The notes under the pieces: model-generated
Database searches by the model: none
What the model was told of the DNA's origin: nothing
The model's input: the letters and a program-made list of their open reading frames with translations, nothing else
Program-made: the position numbers and the translations under genes
IMG/VR virus record: IMGVR_UViG_3300027863_000162
Coordinates: 1-25,472 of that record
Direction: 5' to 3' (one strand)
Source of the DNA: a virus
Taxonomy: Duplodnaviria > Caudoviricetes
DNA: 25,472 nt
Shown here: piece by piece, positions 15,646 to 24,136 of the stretch
How the letters are laid out: the number at the start of each line of letters is the position of its first letter
How positions within the stretch are numbered: position 1 is the stretch's first letter

Positions 15646-16824
15646 TTAGGATGCCGCTGTCTTGATAACGGCAAAGGCTGCTGGAAGGACTACAGCCAAA
15701 GCATGACGATGCTTGTAGACAATTCCAGTCTGGTCTGATAATGCTACTTCTTTACCGCCGAAGCTGCCTGAGGCAAATTGACCAACACGCAATTCTCCTT
15801 TATCTCCGTAAGCAAGAGCTTTTAAATTACCGAAAATAGCAAACTTAGTTGAAGCTGCTGAATCAGAGATGGCTGGAAGATGGCGTGTGGTATAGACAGG
15901 ATAGCCAAGAATTGAACCTACTGGCTTTGGACCACCACCTTGTGGGGTTTGTTCGGCAAACCCCGTATTGTTGTAACCAAAGATGTAGTTGCCTGCGCTA
16001 TCCTTCTGAGATCGGATTTTCGCCCAGACAGTGCGGTTGAAGAAGAAGGCTGCACCCTCTAAGACCGACTCCTCAACGCCACCGATGGCATCTGATGCCT
16101 CCTCAATGTCAAATTTGGCAAAAGTAGTTTTGCCGCTTGCCATTGATTGCACCGTAACAGTTGGATGATTGAGAATGCCAACGAATGGTTTACCGTTCCC
16201 TGCGAAAGCTTCTTTATCGATTCGGTTGGCTAAGGCTTCACCGCCAAGCGCTAACAACCAATCAGCTAAGTTGACACTTGCATCTTCTAATAAGTCGTTG
16301 CCGAGCACGAAAGCAAGCTGCCATTTCTTAGCGATAAGATTGGCGCTCTTAAATGTTAGGCCAGTAACATTGCCTGCCGAATCGACGCCGAGATATTCGC
16401 CTTCGAGGAATGAACCTGTATAAGCAGGAATGCCGAGTTCGTCGGTTTTCATAGGCCACTTTTGCGCTTGGCTCATAACTAAACCGACAGAAGCGGCAAT
16501 TCTTACAATCGCATCAGCCACCTCTTTGCTCACGAGATAACCACCTCGCGAATCTACTTCTTCAATAAGAGCTTCATTCGCTTTGGTTGAAACTCCAGCA
16601 AGAGGAGCGTTGCGAACAGCTTTGGCAAATTCTATTTTCTGCTCATCGGTCAAGCCTGATCTGTCGTAGCCGAATAAGGCGCGCTCCACCCTCATTTGAC
16701 TGACGATTTTGCGCGTTTCGGCAGCAACGATAGGACTAACAGCCTCGCTAAGGCGCTTCTCAAGCACCGAATCAATGGCTGTTTCCAGTTTGCCTTCTAA
16801 TTCTTTTATAAATTTCTCGTCCAT
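15646..16824 (-). CDS. major capsid protein, HK97 fold
   Basis: GGYLV, G.G.P.GIL, KDSAGNYI, ILGYPV, FGNL motifs. Confidence 0.95.
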   Translation of the reverse strand: MDEKFIKELEGKLETAIDSVLEKRLSEAVSPIVAAETRKIVSQMRVERALFGYDRSGLTDEQKIEFAKAVRNAPLAGVSTKANEALIEEVDSRGGYLVSKEVADAIVRIAASVGLVMSQAQKWPMKTDELGIPAYTGSFLEGEYLGVDSAGNVTGLTFKSANLIAKKWQLAFVLGNDLLEDASVNLADWLLALGGEALANRIDKEAFAGNGKPFVGILNHPTVTVQSMASGKTTFAKFDIEEASDAIGGVEESVLEGAAFFFNRTVWAKIRSQKDSAGNYIFGYNNTGFAEQTPQGGGPKPVGSILGYPVYTTRHLPAISDSAASTKFAIFGNLKALAYGDKGELRVGQFASGSFGGKEVALSDQTGIVYKHRHALAVVLPAAFAVIKTAAS

Positions 16825-18173
16825 TTCTTTTTTGCTCGCTCATTAAATTTTTCGAGCGATTTACTGGTGAGGTTATTGATTGAGCGCAAGACTTGACGAA
16901 CTGCAAGCCACTCATCGAGAGCTTTAATGTCAAACCCTGCGTCACTCGACCTTTGTTTTGGCGTCCCTTTCTGGGATTCCTCCGCCACGCCACCCTGCTC
17001 ATTATTGGTTGAGGCAGCGTTTTTGATTGCTTTTTTAATTTTTTCTGCTCCTTCTTCTCCATACTCACTGCGAATTATTTCAATAATTGCTTGTGAATGA
17101 CGGACGATCGCATCGTCTACTTCTGATTGAAGTGCAGCAAGTTCTGCTCCAATTTTTTCTATGTCTTTCTCTGGTTCTGATTCTTGTTCCTGATTTTGTT
17201 CTTCATCTTCTTTTTGCGATTCTTCTTTCATTGATTTTTCTGGCGGTTCTTTGTCAAATTGTGCGTAGTGTTTGGCTAAATGGTTATAAACCGAATCCCA
17301 TTCATCGTCTGGGATATCTACTCCGCCTCTTGCGCCCATTAAAGCCGCCATTGCCGCCGCAACTCCACGCCAGACGACTTGAAGTTCGCCGTTGATAACT
17401 TCGTGGTGTGGTAATTTGTACGCTCCGAATGTTTCTTTGTTTTCTACGTCGTACCAAGCAAAACCCCTGCGGTATTTTTCCCAGTTGATTGTGTCTGGCT
17501 CGCCTGATCCATCGCTTGAAGCCCACTTTCTAATTGATAGTTCTGCTTCGCCCGCGTCCCATTCTCTATCCTCTGGCGCTTTCGGCGTTTCTTCAAAAGA
17601 AACTGCGGTCTTGGTGTTCACGATGCCCGTAATTCCTTTGGTGGCGAGCATCGGAAGATCAAGACCTAAACTTTGCGCCTTGCTCAGTGAAAGAGCGAAT
17701 GGATTGGCTGGAACTGGAACAAAACTAAACTCTAAAAGTTCCGCTTTTGTAATTTTATTTCCGTCTGTTTCAAGTGGAATAAAGCCGACCGAAGTGGCAC
17801 GAACAATTTTCAAGTCGTAAAGCCGCCGCACTTGCTGAGCAAATGGATTAGCATCTTCGGGTGCAAACATTCCTTTGGCAATAAGTTTGCCGTCTTTAAC
17901 TTCTATTTCTGTGGCAATGCCAATCGGCAAACTGAAATAATCATGCGCCCATAAAACAACAGGATTCATCCTGTAAAATGAAAGATCCCAGCCGTTTTGA
18001 TCAATAGTTTCTCCTTGCCTATCAATATCGGCTGTTGAAACTACGACCTCAAAATTACCCGCGTCTTCGGCGGCTTTTGTTCGGGTGATAAAATCCTGCA
18101 CCTCTTTCGTTTGAAGTTGTTCAGCGATTTTTGTTTTTATTTCTTCTGTTAACTTTTTAAATGTTTCATTCAT
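16806..18173 (-). CDS. HK97-family prohead protease with an extra central domain and a scaffold-like tail
   Basis: DRQGE, NPVVLWAH, SVGF, LLEFSFVPVPANP; probable ATG at 18173. Confidence 0.9.
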   Translation of the reverse strand: MNETFKKLTEEIKTKIAEQLQTKEVQDFITRTKAAEDAGNFEVVVSTADIDRQGETIDQNGWDLSFYRMNPVVLWAHDYFSLPIGIATEIEVKDGKLIAKGMFAPEDANPFAQQVRRLYDLKIVRATSVGFIPLETDGNKITKAELLEFSFVPVPANPFALSLSKAQSLGLDLPMLATKGITGIVNTKTAVSFEETPKAPEDREWDAGEAELSIRKWASSDGSGEPDTINWEKYRRGFAWYDVENKETFGAYKLPHHEVINGELQVVWRGVAAAMAALMGARGGVDIPDDEWDSVYNHLAKHYAQFDKEPPEKSMKEESQKEDEEQNQEQESEPEKDIEKIGAELAALQSEVDDAIVRHSQAIIEIIRSEYGEEGAEKIKKAIKNAASTNNEQGGVAEESQKGTPKQRSSDAGFDIKALDEWLAVRQVLRSINNLTSKSLEKFNERAKKKWTRNL

Positions 18174-18210
18174 ATTTTCAAAATTAAATAAATTTATTTT
18201 TTTTCGACCT

Positions 18211-20415
18211 TTATTCAATAGAAATTTCTTCTGGTCTAATGTAACAGCGGCAGGAAGGATGAAGTGGCGGGTATTCAACGTCGCTATAATCAATCGCCAG
18301 TATTCCTCCTTCATTGCCTGTAACCTCATCTCCTTTTTCAAAGAATTTTTCTTCAATATCTATAACTTTGCCGTGCATTGAAGCGCAGAATTCGCAAACT
18401 CTTTCGTCCGCTGCTGTGTACCATTTAATCGTCTTAACTACTCCGCTCTGCTGCCACGCTTCTTTCGTTGCCGCGTTAGCGATTCTGAATGTTTCGGTTC
18501 TGGCTACTTGCTCAGCGCGGACTTCATCGCTGAAGTCATACACCTGAGAAACAAGATCTTTTAACTCCTCAAGGCTTGCGCCCTCGCTCAATCCTTGCTC
18601 TAATTTATCCCTCAAAAGAGCTATTGTGGTTTCGTTGTAACTACGAGACATAAGCTCGAGCGCCCGCTCAATCGCTCGGCGTACTTCTGGCGTTATCGGA
18701 TCGGACAAATCAATGCCTAAAAGCGATGCCGCTTCTCTCGCTTCTTTTTCAAATAAATCAGTGGCTATTGGACTTGATAAATCTATAAGCAAACTTACCC
18801 ACTCGTCTTTATTGAATAAATCGTCTTCGTTAATTGCTTTTGCTGTTTTTATTGCTTTTTCAAGGTTCGCGATCACTTCTTTTTTCTGATCGACATTAAA
18901 TTTTTTTATTGCTTCCGCCTGCGCTTTTTCGTATGGTGTAACTCTGTTAACGAATGCTTTCCATAAAATTTCGTATTCATCGTCTGTCATATTGGTGATG
19001 TTTTTGCTTTTCTGGTCTTTCGTCTCTTTTATTTTTTGAGATGTTTCTTCCATTTCTTTGGCTAATTTTTCGGCTATTGATTTCGCTATTTCTTTTCTTT
19101 TTTCTGCACTTCTTGAATATTGAGTTTTTCTTCTGGCTGGTTTAGCGCTTCCACTAGTCTTGGCTTGTGGTCTTTTTGGCGCTTTTCTCTCTTCTGGCTT
19201 GCCTAATGGAACGCTTGAAAAGTCAGTCATTACGCTATCTCCGCCAGTAATTGGAGGTAAGCCCTCTTCTTCTCTGACTTCGTTCACACTTTTGTATGGC
19301 TTGTTACCGAGCGCGGCTTGATATTCTCTAATTTTTAATTCGCGGTCGTCTGGCACTGGATCAACGAAGTCAAGAAATAAATCGTCTCCATAGCGCGGCA
19401 CTAAAAATTCGTTTAGGTAAGAAACAATCATCTGGACCTTCGGTTTAATCGTTCGTGCCGCGAACACATAATTGGCGGTTTCGGCTGTGGCTCGGTTTGT
19501 TTCACTTTCTGCTGTTCCGAGAATTGTTTTTGGCACTCTAAATCCTGCGAGAATTTTGTCTCTCATCACCTGCTGTAAGTTGTAGAAATCCATATCTTTC
19601 GGGTTATCTGATAGTGGCTGATAATCTGTACCTTTTGGCAAAGCAGCAACCTGATAAGAATTTTCCGCTCCTTTATAAATTGCTTCAAAGGATTTTTTCA
19701 AAATTTCTAATTGTTCTTTTGTGAAAGCGGTTTCTGATTTTAACAACCCACTGAGCCTTGCTCCGTTTTTGAAATAGTTAAGATTTACCTGGCTGGCATA
19801 ATTATCAGCATTTATCCAGTCAAAAATTGCCTGAACCGTTCCTATTCCTTCGTATGGATCGTTAGGATCTGGATATTTGAAATGGATAACTTGATATGGT
19901 TTCAAAGTTTTAGTATTGTTACCAACTCTGTATTCGTAGCCCGAAATAAAATCTGGGAGGTTCTTTTTAATCGGTTTAACAAAGCGTGGGTTCAAAATAT
20001 AAATTGCACTTGGTGCGTCATCTTCTTTCTCTACTCCGTCTAATAGCCAGTAAGCATTGCCCGTGAGTTCAAGGTGGGCGGCGGTGAGGTATTTCAATTC
20101 AAACCCTGTTTGGAATGAATTGACGCCGTCCAGCAAATCAAGTAAAGGGTGTTGATAGATTTCTTTCTGGTTTGATTCTCGGTCTAATTCAAAAAGTTTT
20201 AGCTCAACATTGGCTACGGCTTCAGCAATAGCGCGAATGCAAGCATAAACCCACCCTGTGTTTAATGCCATTGCTTTGTCCGCCGCGATTTTCTTTGTGC
20301 CTTGCCAGATAAAAAATGAATCGGAGCCGCCTAAACCATAAGACAGCGGCAAGTTTTCAATGTGCGCTTTTTTAATTACCCCTATCTTGTTTAGAAATTC
20401 ATTAAAAATTGACAT
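18211..20415 (-). CDS. HK97-family portal fused to a MuF / SPP1 gp7-like head morphogenesis domain
   Basis: VYACI..IA, GNAY, VIHF, NEVRE..GLPP, then RA..VARTE, K.W, D.RVC.FC, PPLHPSCRC. Confidence 0.93.
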   Translation of the reverse strand: MSIFNEFLNKIGVIKKAHIENLPLSYGLGGSDSFFIWQGTKKIAADKAMALNTGWVYACIRAIAEAVANVELKLFELDRESNQKEIYQHPLLDLLDGVNSFQTGFELKYLTAAHLELTGNAYWLLDGVEKEDDAPSAIYILNPRFVKPIKKNLPDFISGYEYRVGNNTKTLKPYQVIHFKYPDPNDPYEGIGTVQAIFDWINADNYASQVNLNYFKNGARLSGLLKSETAFTKEQLEILKKSFEAIYKGAENSYQVAALPKGTDYQPLSDNPKDMDFYNLQQVMRDKILAGFRVPKTILGTAESETNRATAETANYVFAARTIKPKVQMIVSYLNEFLVPRYGDDLFLDFVDPVPDDRELKIREYQAALGNKPYKSVNEVREEEGLPPITGGDSVMTDFSSVPLGKPEERKAPKRPQAKTSGSAKPARRKTQYSRSAEKRKEIAKSIAEKLAKEMEETSQKIKETKDQKSKNITNMTDDEYEILWKAFVNRVTPYEKAQAEAIKKFNVDQKKEVIANLEKAIKTAKAINEDDLFNKDEWVSLLIDLSSPIATDLFEKEAREAASLLGIDLSDPITPEVRRAIERALELMSRSYNETTIALLRDKLEQGLSEGASLEELKDLVSQVYDFSDEVRAEQVARTETFRIANAATKEAWQQSGVVKTIKWYTAADERVCEFCASMHGKVIDIEEKFFEKGDEVTGNEGGILAIDYSDVEYPPLHPSCRCYIRPEEISIE

Positions 20416-20423
20416 TGTTTGCG

Positions 20424-20480
20424 AAATAAAAAAGGGGCTGACAATATGCCCCGATTGAATCAGAACATATTGTCAGCCCC
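20424..20480 (-). terminator. strong intrinsic terminator immediately upstream of the portal gene
   Basis: 15-bp perfect stem (20434-48 / 20466-80) followed by UUUUUUAUUU. Confidence 0.8.
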
Positions 20481-20541
20481 GTGTGGTTCTTCCACTTGAA
20501 GCTGTTTCCGCTTGCGCGGAATCAATTTTCAATTTGATTTT

Positions 20542-20586
20542 ATTTTACCTTCAGAAAATTTATTGTCAAGCCCTTCCTGTGGATAA
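20542..20586 (-). promoter_or_regulatory. sigma70 promoter of the structural operon with an upstream DnaA box
   Basis: TTGACA (20569-64)-N16-TAAAAT (20547-42); TTATCCACA at 20586-78. Confidence 0.75.
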
Positions 20587-20632
20587 CTTTTTTTCTCTTT
20601 TTTAGAGAGAACGAATGTATGAGTAAAAAGTT

Positions 20633-20854
20633 TCACAAAAGTGGGATTGTTTGAAGTTCTTCAATCGCTTTTTTGAATTCTTCTGGTCTATCAAAATTTA
20701 ACATTAATCTAACTTCTAATGTTCGCACCTGTCCGTCTTTGATGGTGATATTCTCTATTCTGGCGTAATGCACGGCTTCTAAAACACGAAGCACGCGGTC
20801 TTCTCTTTCGGTTACTTCGCGTAATATTCTTGTTTTCTGTTCTTTATTGCTCAT
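20633..20854 (-). CDS. 73-aa protein, weakly DUF2292/YezD-like
   Basis: ATGA overlap with the TerL stop; LEAVHYARIENITIKDGQVRTLEV. Confidence 0.65.
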   Translation of the reverse strand: MSNKEQKTRILREVTEREDRVLRVLEAVHYARIENITIKDGQVRTLEVRLMLNFDRPEEFKKAIEELQTIPLL

Positions 20855-22290
20855 AATAATCCGATGACTTCGGGCATTTCTAATCCTTGCCGCGAAAGCC
20901 CGAAAACTAAATAACAAAAAGCGTCCATTAGATCGTCGTGATCGGTCACGCCAAAATTTACTAATTGGTCTATTAAATCCTCTGCGCCTTTTCTCGGAAA
21001 TAAAATTGTACCATTTTGAATTAATGTTGCTGCCGTTCGCAATCTTGCCCGCTTGTCCGTTCCTGCTTGCATCGGCTCAACAGGAATCATTGCTCTTTGG
21101 AATTCTTCAATCGCTGCCTGCTGGTATGCAACCTTTTCAGGAAAGAAAATCGGAGGTGCGTAAATGCTAATTGTCCTATAAAGCGAAAGCGCCTGCTGTT
21201 TTGTTTCGTGAAAACTTAATCGCTCATTGATTGGATTTGGGAGAATAAAAATTTTCGGCACACCATCTACTAAAGCGCTTACGCCCGAAACCATTGCTGT
21301 GAAATCGGCGGTTTCTTTTTTTGAAATCGCAAAATCAACACCAACGCCCGCCTGCATAATACCTTCTGGGAGTTCGTCGTAGTATTGTATCCATTCCTCT
21401 TTCACTTCCTGTCCTTCTGACGGGACGACCTTTAATAAATACTCGCGAAGCCAAGCGGTACGCCCGACTTTTTGTTCTTGTTTTTTAATTGATTCTGGTG
21501 TTGGATATTTTCCTTGCCATGTCACTCTTCCTTCTGAATCAATTAATGGGTACTCTCGGTGAAAGAAAATCGGATCGTTTTTCAATCGAGCGATTAAAGA
21601 GTCAGTGTGAAGAATATTTCCGATGACAATTAATCGTGCATCTGTTTCTTCGATGGCTGGGATGATATCACTTCGCAACCAGCGCTCAGTTTTATCTCGG
21701 TATTCTTTCTTTTGAACTTTTTCGAGCTCTTCTGGATCATCGACAATGACGAGGTCTGGTCTGAATTGACGATGACGCAATCCTCTGAATTTTTGCCCGC
21801 GCGATCTTCCCATGATCCTTGCGCCGTTTGCTAAGACGATATTCGTTTCGGCGAATTTCGTGAATCCAGTTTTTATGATTTTGATTTTTTCTTCATAATC
21901 AAGTTTCAATAATTCGTTTGTTTCGAGTTCGCTTCTAATGTTTGCGATAGTTAATTTTACTATTTCGTCTGTTTCGTTGATCGGAACAATAAATTTTGCC
22001 TTCTCTTCCAACGCTGCCCAGAGCGGAAGCGCTAAACAGGCAGTGCTTGACTTCGCTGATCCTCTAAATCCGATTATCTCCAAGAATTTAATTTGCCAGT
22101 TTTCCAATAAAGAAATCATCTCTTGGTGAAAGGATGCGGGAGGTAATGTCAGATAGTGCGGGAGGTAGACAATCATGAAACCCAGCAGTGTTTTTGCCAT
22201 TTCTCGCCGCGTGGATTGATCTTCCAGTAATTGAGCCATCGTTTCTTCGTCAATTAAGTTATTTGATTGTATTTGAATCAATTGATCCAT
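20851..22290 (-). CDS. terL: terminase large subunit
   Basis: Walker A GFRGSAKS, RG coupling motif, Walker B LVIVDD, nuclease motifs GVDFA, DFTA, HDDLMDA. Confidence 0.95.
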   Translation of the reverse strand: MDQLIQIQSNNLIDEETMAQLLEDQSTRREMAKTLLGFMIVYLPHYLTLPPASFHQEMISLLENWQIKFLEIIGFRGSAKSSTACLALPLWAALEEKAKFIVPINETDEIVKLTIANIRSELETNELLKLDYEEKIKIIKTGFTKFAETNIVLANGARIMGRSRGQKFRGLRHRQFRPDLVIVDDPEELEKVQKKEYRDKTERWLRSDIIPAIEETDARLIVIGNILHTDSLIARLKNDPIFFHREYPLIDSEGRVTWQGKYPTPESIKKQEQKVGRTAWLREYLLKVVPSEGQEVKEEWIQYYDELPEGIMQAGVGVDFAISKKETADFTAMVSGVSALVDGVPKIFILPNPINERLSFHETKQQALSLYRTISIYAPPIFFPEKVAYQQAAIEEFQRAMIPVEPMQAGTDKRARLRTAATLIQNGTILFPRKGAEDLIDQLVNFGVTDHDDLMDAFCYLVFGLSRQGLEMPEVIGLL

Positions 22291-22789
22291 TTGTTTGTGG
22301 AGGATTAATGATTCCGTAGTTTTTTAATGCGTTTAAAATAAGAATTTTTTTCTCTTGGATTATTTCGTAAGTGTGTGTGTGTTTCATTTCAAAAGTTCCA
22401 AGCTTCCTTTCAAAAATTCCTGCGTCCATTTTGGCTTCAAAAAGTTTTATTTTGGCATCGATGATTGTCTTTGCCGCTGCTACTCTTGCTCGTTCGTCCA
22501 TCGTCTGATCAAGAACAATTCGCCACATCTGAATACAAAGTTGCTCGGTCTCGTCTTCTAACTGCGCGATGTGCTGCTCGACCTTTGCTTGGTCAAAACG
22601 ATGAATGCGCTCACCCTGAATCTTTCTTTTTAGTTTAACAATGTAATGAGGATCAAGATTGATCGGATTATTTCTATCCTCTTTTAGTAAATTACTAATC
22701 GCGATTGCGCCTGCGCGAGGATTTAATGCGAGCACTTCTCTGACTCGTTCCATGTGATATTGTTCGGTTTCTTTTTTGTATTTTGGCAT
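22259..22789 (-). CDS. putative terminase small subunit
   Basis: Helical 176-aa protein overlapping the terL start; called on synteny. Confidence 0.65.
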   Translation of the reverse strand: MPKYKKETEQYHMERVREVLALNPRAGAIAISNLLKEDRNNPINLDPHYIVKLKRKIQGERIHRFDQAKVEQHIAQLEDETEQLCIQMWRIVLDQTMDERARVAAAKTIIDAKIKLFEAKMDAGIFERKLGTFEMKHTHTYEIIQEKKILILNALKNYGIINPPQTNGSIDSNTIK

Positions 22790-22791
22790 GG

Positions 22792-23478
22792 CTATTCTAA
22801 CTCTAATAAACTATCGATGATGTTGTGTTGAATCGGTGGCGGGTTTTTGAAGTCCTCTTTTATTTTTTCTGGATCGCCCTTAAAAAATCCGAGTACCTTG
22901 TGGTGAACCTCTAAAAGCTGCGGATTTCTTAGAAGTGAATGGTCGCCTCTATAAAAAGTGTATAAGTTCTGGTGCGTTTTTACGACTTTTCTTTTACGCA
23001 TATTTCGTTCTGCTCGGTGTGGCGCAGTGGCGAGCATCTGGACATAAATAATTTCATTGTAAAGTTCAAAAAGCAAACGAATGATTTCGTTTGTATCAAA
23101 GCCAAGTGTGGCGGTTTTTGCTGCGTCTAAGTTATGAAGTTCGGTGATTAAATCTGCGAGCGATTTTTTATCAAATTTTTCTTGCGCATTTAATCTAAGG
23201 TTTGCCCGTTTTTCATCTTCAATATGTAAATTAACAAAAACAGCGGGCACTTCTGTGAGCCCTTCTGCCTGCGCTGCTTCAATCCTGCGGTGTCCGCCGA
23301 CAATGACATTTCGCCTGTCTCCGCACCGTTCGCATTGGTGTGTGTTGACTACGACTGGCTGTAAAAATCCGTATTCTTTGATGCTCTGGCGCACACTTGC
23401 GAGGATGTGGTCGCTTTTCTCACGCGGATTATAATCAGCTGGTCTTAATTCACTAATTTTTACTTCTTTTATTTCTAT
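22792..23478 (-). CDS. ParB/Srx N-terminal domain protein with an ATA start; possibly a degenerate ParB-methyltransferase
   Basis: ISELRPADYNPR lies upstream of the annotated GTG; SI.EYGF.QP and GGHRR motifs. Confidence 0.7.
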   Translation of the reverse strand: MEIKEVKISELRPADYNPREKSDHILASVRQSIKEYGFLQPVVVNTHQCERCGDRRNVIVGGHRRIEAAQAEGLTEVPAVFVNLHIEDEKRANLRLNAQEKFDKKSLADLITELHNLDAAKTATLGFDTNEIIRLLFELYNEIIYVQMLATAPHRAERNMRKRKVVKTHQNLYTFYRGDHSLLRNPQLLEVHHKVLGFFKGDPEKIKEDFKNPPPIQHNIIDSLLELE

Positions 23479-23489
23479 GTTTTTAATTT

Positions 23490-23654
23490 TTAAATATCTA
23501 AGAAAAATTTAATCGCTCGACGCCATAACCATTTCGGAAACCACCACGGACGCGGCTTGAAAATTTTTAGCATTGCGTGTTGCTGCGCTAAAATCGATGC
23601 CCGAATGTCTTTGTTGTACCAACGCCTTATTTTTTTTATTGCTTTTTGGCTCAT
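23490..23654 (-). CDS. 54-aa basic, Trp/Pro-rich protein (not in the ORF track)
   Basis: Manual translation MSQKAIKKIRRWYNKDIRASILAQQHAMLKIFKPRPWWFPKWLWRRAIKFFLDI. Confidence 0.7.
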   Translation of the reverse strand: MSQKAIKKIRRWYNKDIRASILAQQHAMLKIFKPRPWWFPKWLWRRAIKFFLDI

Positions 23655-23669
23655 AACTTTATCTAACAC

Positions 23670-24005
23670 TTACACCTCTATTATTTCTGGTTCTCGTGAT
23701 TTTGGTTGCCAAACCACGATCCATTTTTTAACCAAACTCGGTGTTTTATATTTTTCAAATTCTTTCGCGGCTTCGGCTACATTTTTCTTGCCAAGTTTGA
23801 CTTGGACTAAAATAGCCCACTCTTCTGAAATAGCAAATAAATCTGAGCCGAGCTGATCTTGTTTAATAAATATTGTTTTTAAATCGTTTGTTTTTTTGTC
23901 ACGCGTAATCAACCTTCTTATCTGCTCTAAATAAGCAACCTGATAACCGAGTTTTTCAAGCCACGCCTTCGTTTTGATTTTGTAATATTGCCCTTTATTT
24001 GCCAT
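23670..24005 (-). CDS. PD-(D/E)xK nuclease, Hjc-like Holliday junction resolvase
   Basis: LEKLGYQV, DLFAI, LVQVK; probable ATG at 24005. Confidence 0.7.
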   Translation of the reverse strand: MANKGQYYKIKTKAWLEKLGYQVAYLEQIRRLITRDKKTNDLKTIFIKQDQLGSDLFAISEEWAILVQVKLGKKNVAEAAKEFEKYKTPSLVKKWIVVWQPKSREPEIIEV

Positions 24006-24136
24006 ACAATACAATTATCTTAATTTTTTATTTTTCTAAGATGGTTTTAATTTGCGTGGCTGGTGAGCATACTTCGCGCCATTTAACCCAGTAGCATTAT
24101 CCTATCGGTTAACCTTGCTGGTTGCACCACGATTTT

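Noticed and set aside
18174-18356. N-terminal extensions in the ORF track for the protease and for the ORFs starting at 6801, 20917, 2207 and 4404
   Set aside because: They overlap upstream genes. Internal ATGs with A-rich context or stop-start coupling fit better.
24091-24118. atttaacccagtagcattat resembles a dif site
   Set aside because: The match is partial, the spacing is one base off and it is far from the recombinase. attP could not be located.
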